IMG/VR virus record: IMGVR_UViG_3300033562_000027 | Location: 1-30,353 of that record | Origin: a virus | Lineage: Duplodnaviria; Caudoviricetes | Length of the DNA: 30,353 bases | Strand: one strand, 5' to 3' | Shown here: positions 27,201-30,353 of the stretch, piece by piece | Numbering within the stretch: position 1 is the first letter of the stretch | Layout: each line of letters begins with the position of its first letter | Made by a program: the position numbers and the translations under genes | The notes under the pieces: generated by a model | What the model was told of the DNA's origin: nothing | What the model saw: the letters and a program-made list of their open reading frames with translations, nothing else | The model's database searches: none

Positions 27201-28782
27201 CTGGAACACGATCAACTCACTCTGGCCGCAGGTCGCTGACACCCATGAGCGGCTGAAGTATTACCGGCCAAAGAAGATTGAAGCACAGGGCTTTAGCGTT
27301 ACCACTGCAGACGGGCAACAGTTATTCCTTGATGGTGGTTACTACCCTGCCGCGTATGACAAAGAACTGGATAACGATGCTGCACGTTGGGGTGAAAAGG
27401 AAGATCTGCTTGCATCCCATGAAGCTGTGATGCAAGTGCCTATCGCAAAGTCAGGCTTTGCCAAGAGCAGGGCAGACAGGGTGAACCGTCCAATAGACTT
27501 GTCACTTAATAACCTGTCCGTGCATTTTACCGACATCATCAAATTCATTACACTGGCAGAAGTAACCCGTGATGCGGATAGGGTATTTCAGGACAGAGAG
27601 CTTGTAAACCGCAACATGGAAACCATCGGCCAGGATATGCACAATGCTATTCGTCCGGCACTGCAAAACGTACTGCGTCCAGAAAGACGATTAGCGGGTG
27701 GCTTGCTTGAGCGTGGCCGAGTGGCAATGTCAACCTTCTATATGGGATATAATGCATGGACTGCCATCCAGAACGTGACCGGAGTATTCCCTGCTATTCG
27801 TCAAGTCGGATTCAACAACTACCTTGACGGAATTGCACAGACAATCAGCAATCCATTGAAGTCCCATAAAGCTATGTTGCAGATGTCTGGATATATGCGG
27901 CTGCGTGAAACAAACATTGAACGCGAATTAAAGGGTCAAATCAGCGACTTCAAAATCGGCGGCATGGAGATTAACGGCAAACGCTACACGTTCAAAGATG
28001 TGCAGTCACTGGCATTCGCCGGTATCAGGCTGATTGACAGCATAGTAGCCCTGCCCGCATGGTATGGTCGCTATAACTCGGAGATGGAAAAGCATGGCGA
28101 TATGCAGCGGGCTGTTGAATCTGCCGACTCTTCAATAAACAAGGCTCTGGGGTCTGGTCTGGCAATAGACTCCACCGGCACCGGGCGGCATCAGATCTGG
28201 TCACTGTTCGCCCCGTTCATGTCCTTTGCCTCAACTCAGCAGGAAGTGCTTACAACCGAAAGGCAGGCATGGAAGGAAGGCAAGATAAGCACCAGCGAAT
28301 TTCTTTATGGACACCTTATGACCTGGCTGGCTCCGGCCATTATGTCAACATTCCTTCAGGGTGCGTTGATGTACGGACTCATGGGGGCAATCGGTGGTGG
28401 TGATGACGACAAGCGCGAGAAAGGTGGCATGGATTATCTGACAGACATTTTGTCTTACCGGATGATGGGCATACCCTATCTGAGAGATATCTTTAACGGT
28501 GTCATTCAAGGTGTTGAAAAGAAAGCACCGATAACATCGGCGAGAATGCCAATAGCAGAAGCATTCAGGATGGCACAGCAGTTGGGCTATCGCATGGGCA
28601 ATATGGATGGATCAGAGAAAACTGTAAAGGCCGCGATGTGGTCGGCAGCAGAACTGACATCACTTTACTTGCATATCCCTGCTACCAGAATTTTTGAGCG
28701 GTGGCAGAAGGGAACAAAAAACATCGAATCCGGTCATGGATGGTGGGGTAATCACTTCATCCCGCAGGAAAAGAAAAAGTAG
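21202..28782 (+). CDS. Giant internal virion/ejection polyvalent protein with GGDEF, ART-like remnant and HExxH peptidase modules
   Basis: 2526 aa, in the last ejection-protein slot before the tail fibre. SGDEF at aa 900-904, AWHGTPHTFDK at aa 1054, FLHEAGH at ~aa 1288. Confidence 0.85.
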   Translation: MSLYDLQESLGMNSAGNAVVNLSDAFGQNPVEHAERRKLEKQTGTPATLMDDPEVMVEAKKQAYVKGLALSHTPATSKFAENPNNAPLMYDDMDNLTSFEDRIKKLPKRSMSTMGIAGPKDIGTAQAASDFLKSTSDFMDKAVIPTPARAYAAYQQGTGGMYQWIGEMIGWDGLAQQGKSMHEDAKAVEEFIQKDKQIDPDSWTGATAVALQSMYLQAPLMAAGSLAATVRGATSVTLGGMGMTTAGQTYADRREKGFSPVASGWSAAFDGAVEVGTEIMPTSRVFEMLKPTAKASMGKLMTSVAKLYGEEMVGESIATFMQDANNRFMGNPGQTAAQRVDAIGEYVQSGEALTNWLNTIKTTFIQTSLMAGSASGINRIRSFGKDSVAGRTQQQAEHTAQLVEAIIAAEGSRLLTNSPETFTEFAQRVGEEHGHDKIYFQADKLINEAVNQGIPKAQIPEWLSQYGVDPVQLATDLKTGGTIAIDFGSAVANFKNDGVLQALQSEFLVSPDMHGLADAEKGIQIESAHLERLNDIYAADQAKKVDAADVEAWKQEILGRPELGKYIKEEHLDSMAARANALSKMTGMPAIDFVNEMLLPYNIKTMRFKDFQKQRQENAGMDVGVLNAIRTGNGIPTESQAYGPSLIDFLRDKGGIKDQGGELAAMDAHAATKQAFKKNFVNESGMNQDTARELAVEAGYLNADATIADLLDMIGAELSGTPKYSANNRNDAVANKLEKINETRAMFEQFGVDPTGDIDEILQKLSDMHTEQDDLPFQADEKTGLVQRPDETLEQFVDRRNSTLRDKLVAEMTPEEKDHALLLNELTHIPNRRAYHEDEAKNGGPMKIQVSVDADSLKFVNDNMGHHAGDNMLIAIAEALHKSSLELSSRGFDVRVYHVSGDEFIVQSDNEKAVAFILNSVDKILAGSIIKSDQVEGYFVETIPHITYGVDNNGNLKRADKQLQESKRIATDRGVRAERGEPPYTTKVVDRSDDGKNYDYNDIKSLFKKLEEERKKAREEAAKKGTDPADVNHPDNVAARFAKLLQGNPLFQSAWHGTPHTFDKSLASDGIGDSPLVKGFTNRMVSDAQVLTDFVNTPPFIEKGLDGFDIPTQNAQLSRVARLIENDKIRKLVVESIPVDMMNMLIEKELSADMLLHDVTVFRDLFTLDRDNFVSLPVDMTSRLVDIVAFTGTKELLSSLYVGKGAGKLNTAKLTLKSWHDKLPPDFSSIISETTGITTNSIFSDDDVAITAMYQSQQNNYLAALTQDADGNNVVNLFAAADKSSFLHEAGHIFLNHLKLVAEKHNLQTAEWQAAKEWLGIGDDGIITREQHEQFAEHWEVYLMEGKSPTPELRGAFRSFKRWLTAIYENVKSGRFGQRDGIVITPEIKDLFDRLLATEEEIQEAKDEAALIAMLDDKMLNGTGFSAEEIAAYQKIVMQAEDSARERMDKHKMIGREERLAGWKEQAERDARGVPVYAFQEWMSDIGIDPKSAAQYGEVPSRTVFKAEGEDINVAIAEHGSQFGYENATDFMHDVRTYPIRQQWMEKRVAQLEAAYDLAQDTQEAIRTTSLRRQLELESNWLERKIKQKRMSEERAQQKAEAVDAAKQAAYEQRWAQAEEDMLWKMDQAKATTPKEVMKEWAERTVASRTMTKIRSISKLVAESAKHRKESIAAARAGDWETALQKNEQARMTEALITASYAAANKFKQMQSRLAKIAKWTNDNKSVKVGENFRDQINRLMQQYAIANKEFNPNIPSVQDFAANLIDGEDDIGAVLPEWIGIDPTDQKNLTWHELQELHDALNYLYKHGRDEVEGKKLANGQYVSAYASDILMAQGDIKGMPNLKSDATKFGKLWQGVQKGYRKFFANTGILRFIAQRMDGYKNIGKNGQMGPAEQLVQNVINGMAASNDLWIKVSAEIEPQLAVLFKNRNQQHDDLPWPSKLTNAGKSWTHERVVVAALNMGNESNLQRLMDGYGLTENHIRLIQSKLTAEEWRAVQSIWNTINSLWPQVADTHERLKYYRPKKIEAQGFSVTTADGQQLFLDGGYYPAAYDKELDNDAARWGEKEDLLASHEAVMQVPIAKSGFAKSRADRVNRPIDLSLNNLSVHFTDIIKFITLAEVTRDADRVFQDRELVNRNMETIGQDMHNAIRPALQNVLRPERRLAGGLLERGRVAMSTFYMGYNAWTAIQNVTGVFPAIRQVGFNNYLDGIAQTISNPLKSHKAMLQMSGYMRLRETNIERELKGQISDFKIGGMEINGKRYTFKDVQSLAFAGIRLIDSIVALPAWYGRYNSEMEKHGDMQRAVESADSSINKALGSGLAIDSTGTGRHQIWSLFAPFMSFASTQQEVLTTERQAWKEGKISTSEFLYGHLMTWLAPAIMSTFLQGALMYGLMGAIGGGDDDKREKGGMDYLTDILSYRMMGIPYLRDIFNGVIQGVEKKAPITSARMPIAEAFRMAQQLGYRMGNMDGSEKTVKAAMWSAAELTSLYLHIPATRIFERWQKGTKNIESGHGWWGNHFIPQEKKK
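23668..24110 (+). other. GGDEF (diguanylate cyclase-like) domain within the giant protein
   Basis: NELTHIPNRR, DADSLKFVNDNMGHHAGDNML, HVSGDEF (SGDEF at 23899-23913) and LKRADKQLQESKR match the GGDEF blocks DxLTxLxNRR, DxDxFKxxNDxxGHxxGD, RxGGDEF and RADxALYxAK. Confidence 0.88.
23963..23990 (+). promoter_or_regulatory. Consensus sigma70 promoter inside the GGDEF coding sequence
   Basis: TTGACA (23963-23968), 16-nt spacer, TATAAT (23985-23990). Both hexamers are perfect. Confidence 0.75.
24059..24232 (+). CDS. Overprinted 57-aa ORF in the +1 frame of the giant gene
   Basis: Below the ORF-track cut-off. GGAG at 24046-24049, 9 nt before the ATG, ~70 nt downstream of the perfect promoter. Translates to MATSKEQISNSKNQNELPQIEEFVQSVVSRLTPQRSWTDPMTGRTTTITISNPYSKN. 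Confidence 0.5.
   Translation: MATSKEQISNSKNQNELPQIEEFVQSVVSRLTPQRSWTDPMTGRTTTITISNPYSKN
24394..24861 (-). CDS. Nested antisense HNH homing-type endonuclease (Zn finger + HNH + HTH)
   Basis: CEFC...FCSRKC zinc finger, EHRHIMEQHIGRKL..NEHVHHIDRNRLNNELSNL HNH motif and C-terminal GWSINKISEHLSIGYHSIRKAL HTH. RBS AGGAGGT lies 8 nt upstream. Confidence 0.9.
   Translation of the reverse strand: MPAFKCEFCSVEFSRPLANIKGREKLFCSRKCYDIHKATGHINGKGYKIITVEGKQVPEHRHIMEQHIGRKLLLNEHVHHIDRNRLNNELSNLVVLDKPGHSAELRVLRWDIEAVKTLLNKGWSINKISEHLSIGYHSIRKALDKRGIPYPVRCK
24870..24916 (-). promoter_or_regulatory. Promoter and RBS of the antisense HNH gene
   Basis: On the minus strand: TTGTAA (24916-24911), 16-nt spacer ending in TGA, TATAAT (24894-24889), i.e. 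an extended -10. AGGAGGT at 24876-24870. Confidence 0.8.
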
Positions 28783-28814
28783 CGCACATACGGCAACACA
28801 TAGGCTTTAAGATG
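28781..28814 (+). promoter_or_regulatory. Putative late promoter copy 3: AGCGCACATAC-N16-TAAGATG
   Basis: Exact 11-mer overlapping the giant gene's TAG stop, with the same spacing. A separate GGGGGTG RBS precedes the ATG at 28832. Confidence 0.7.
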
Positions 28815-28831
28815 CGTAATGGGGGTGTGCC

Positions 28832-29902
28832 ATGACGATATCCAGTCAGACCAGAATAGCGGGGCCATTTACTGGCAACGGAATTACCACGACATTTCCG
28901 TTTGCCTTCAAGGTCTTCTCTGTTGATGAAGTAGATGTAGTCGTTGGAACAGACGGTGTCGAATCAACACCCACCATCAACAGCGACTATACAGTAACGC
29001 TCAACGCTGACCAGAATACAAACCCTGGCGGGTCAATAAATACGACAACTCCGCTTGCAGTGAGTAGCGTCCTTGTTATCACTTCCAGCGTTGAACTGCT
29101 GCAACCTGTTGACCTCACCAACCAAGGCGGTTTTTATCCCTCTGTAATTAACGATGAGTTTGACCGGCTGACTATTATCACTCAACAACTGCAAGAGCAA
29201 CTTGGCAGATCTTTGCAGGTAAGTCTAACATCTGGTGTAATTCCCACTGATTATCTTGGCGAATGCGAACTGTCCGCTTCTAATGCCGCTGCAAGTGCCG
29301 CCGATGCTGCCGCCGCTGAACTGGCTGCTGAAGCTGCTGCAAGTGTACTGTCTGACGGGGACAAAGGCGACATAACCGTATCCGGTAGTGGTGCAACGTG
29401 GACTATTGATAATGCCGCAGTAACCTACGCAAAACTTGCAACTGATGTTTATGACAGGGTTGTGCAGCGAGTTGAGGCGACGCCTTATACTTCAGTCGCA
29501 ACTGTCTCATCTACTTTCCCTGTTGATGACACTATTCCACAGAATGACGAAGGTTACGAGTTGATGACTGTCACAATCACACCAAAATCTTCAACTAATA
29601 GGCTAATTATATCTTTTGATACTGCACTATCGAAATTAGCCACAGGGAATATAATTATTGCTTTGTTTCAAGATTCAAACGCCAATGCTATTGCGTCCAG
29701 CTTAACATCTAATGAAGATGGATATGCGTCTAGAGATGGAATAGTACATGAAATGGCCGCTGGCACAACAAGTGCAACCACTTACAAAATTAGAGTTGGT
29801 GTGGGAGCAGGTAGTCTTACAATAAACGGTATAGCAACTAATAACCGATATTTGGGCGGTAGTATGGCAGCTAGATTGTCTGTGACGGAGGTACGAGCAT
29901 GA
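28832..29902 (+). CDS. Tail fibre protein (T7 gp17-type N-terminal attachment domain)
   Basis: MTISSQTRIAGPFTGNGITTTFPFAFKVF...QPVDLTNQGGFYP..IND.FDRLTI, then an Ala-rich linker, DGDKGDITVSGSG and a C-terminal ITPKSSTNRLII beta-sandwich. Confidence 0.85.
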   Translation: MTISSQTRIAGPFTGNGITTTFPFAFKVFSVDEVDVVVGTDGVESTPTINSDYTVTLNADQNTNPGGSINTTTPLAVSSVLVITSSVELLQPVDLTNQGGFYPSVINDEFDRLTIITQQLQEQLGRSLQVSLTSGVIPTDYLGECELSASNAAASAADAAAAELAAEAAASVLSDGDKGDITVSGSGATWTIDNAAVTYAKLATDVYDRVVQRVEATPYTSVATVSSTFPVDDTIPQNDEGYELMTVTITPKSSTNRLIISFDTALSKLATGNIIIALFQDSNANAIASSLTSNEDGYASRDGIVHEMAAGTTSATTYKIRVGVGAGSLTINGIATNNRYLGGSMAARLSVTEVRA

Positions 29903-30189
29903 GCTTAGTTCAGGCTATTTACAAAAATGTGCCTAATGCACAATTTGTTGTAAAAGATGGGGTTTTAATCCAATGGGATGCACCACTACCTGCGCCAACA
30001 GATGCACAAGTTCAACAATGGTATACTGATTACCAAGAGCCAAGCCCACGCATAGCAGAGATCAAGAACGAACTTGCTGCACTGGACATTAAACGTATCA
30101 GACCTGTTGCAGAGGGTGACACAGCATTCCTTACCACGCTTAATGCTCAAGCTGTTGCGTTGAGGGCTGAGTTACAGGGGTTACTATGA
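29899..30189 (+). CDS. Tail-fibre-associated small protein (XkdW/chaperone-like)
   Basis: PNAQFVV...IQWD...PAPT N-terminus and ELAALDIKRIRP...LRAEL C-terminus. ATGA overlap with the fibre gene. Confidence 0.6.
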   Translation: MSLVQAIYKNVPNAQFVVKDGVLIQWDAPLPAPTDAQVQQWYTDYQEPSPRIAEIKNELAALDIKRIRPVAEGDTAFLTTLNAQAVALRAELQGLL

Positions 30190-30353
30190 CACTCGGTATT
30201 CTTAGATACCTTCTGATGCTGCCTATCTTCATCTTGGCAACAATAGCAACATACGTTCTTGTTCCATTCCTTGTCCTTTTTCAAAAGGACGGCTGGTTGC
30301 CTAAGTGGTGTTGGTGGTTCCAAACGTGGGACAACAGCCTTGATGGTGACAAC
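30186..30353 (+). CDS. Membrane-associated phage protein (3'-truncated by the window)
   Basis: ATGA overlap with the upstream gene. A hydrophobic N-terminus is followed by WLPKWCWWFQTWDNSLDGD. Confidence 0.6.
   Translation, partial: MTLGILRYLLMLPIFILATIATYVLVPFLVLFQKDGWLPKWCWWFQTWDNSLDGDN

Noticed and set aside
28832-30353. Diversity-generating retroelement as in BPP-1
   Set aside because: No reverse transcriptase, avd gene or TR/VR repeat pair was seen in this window.

Overview
This window is ~30 kb of a tailed-phage or prophage genome, with almost all genes on the + strand. The gene order matches Bordetella BPP-1-like podoviruses. It begins with a helicase-methyltransferase fusion (cut by the window edge), a MazG-like protein, a replication initiator with internal iterons and small regulators. 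Next come terminase, portal, scaffold, major capsid, cement protein, tail tubular A/B, three internal (ejection) virion proteins and a tail fibre. The main discovery is the 2526-aa internal virion protein, a cassette-built polyprotein. It carries a GGDEF diguanylate-cyclase-like domain, a gutted ADP-ribosyltransferase-like domain and a HExxH peptidase. Two independently promoted genes appear nested inside its uninterrupted reading frame: a complete antisense Zn-finger/HNH/HTH endonuclease with its own sigma70 promoter and RBS, and a 57-aa +1-frame ORF behind a perfect TTGACA-N16-TATAAT promoter. Other notable features are a bipartite motif AGCGCACATAC-N16-TAAG(G/A)TG found three times (putative late promoter, probably leaderless at two sites) and a 5.3-kb fibre/collagen gene block between portal and scaffold. 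All family assignments come from motif recognition by eye; no database searches were run.
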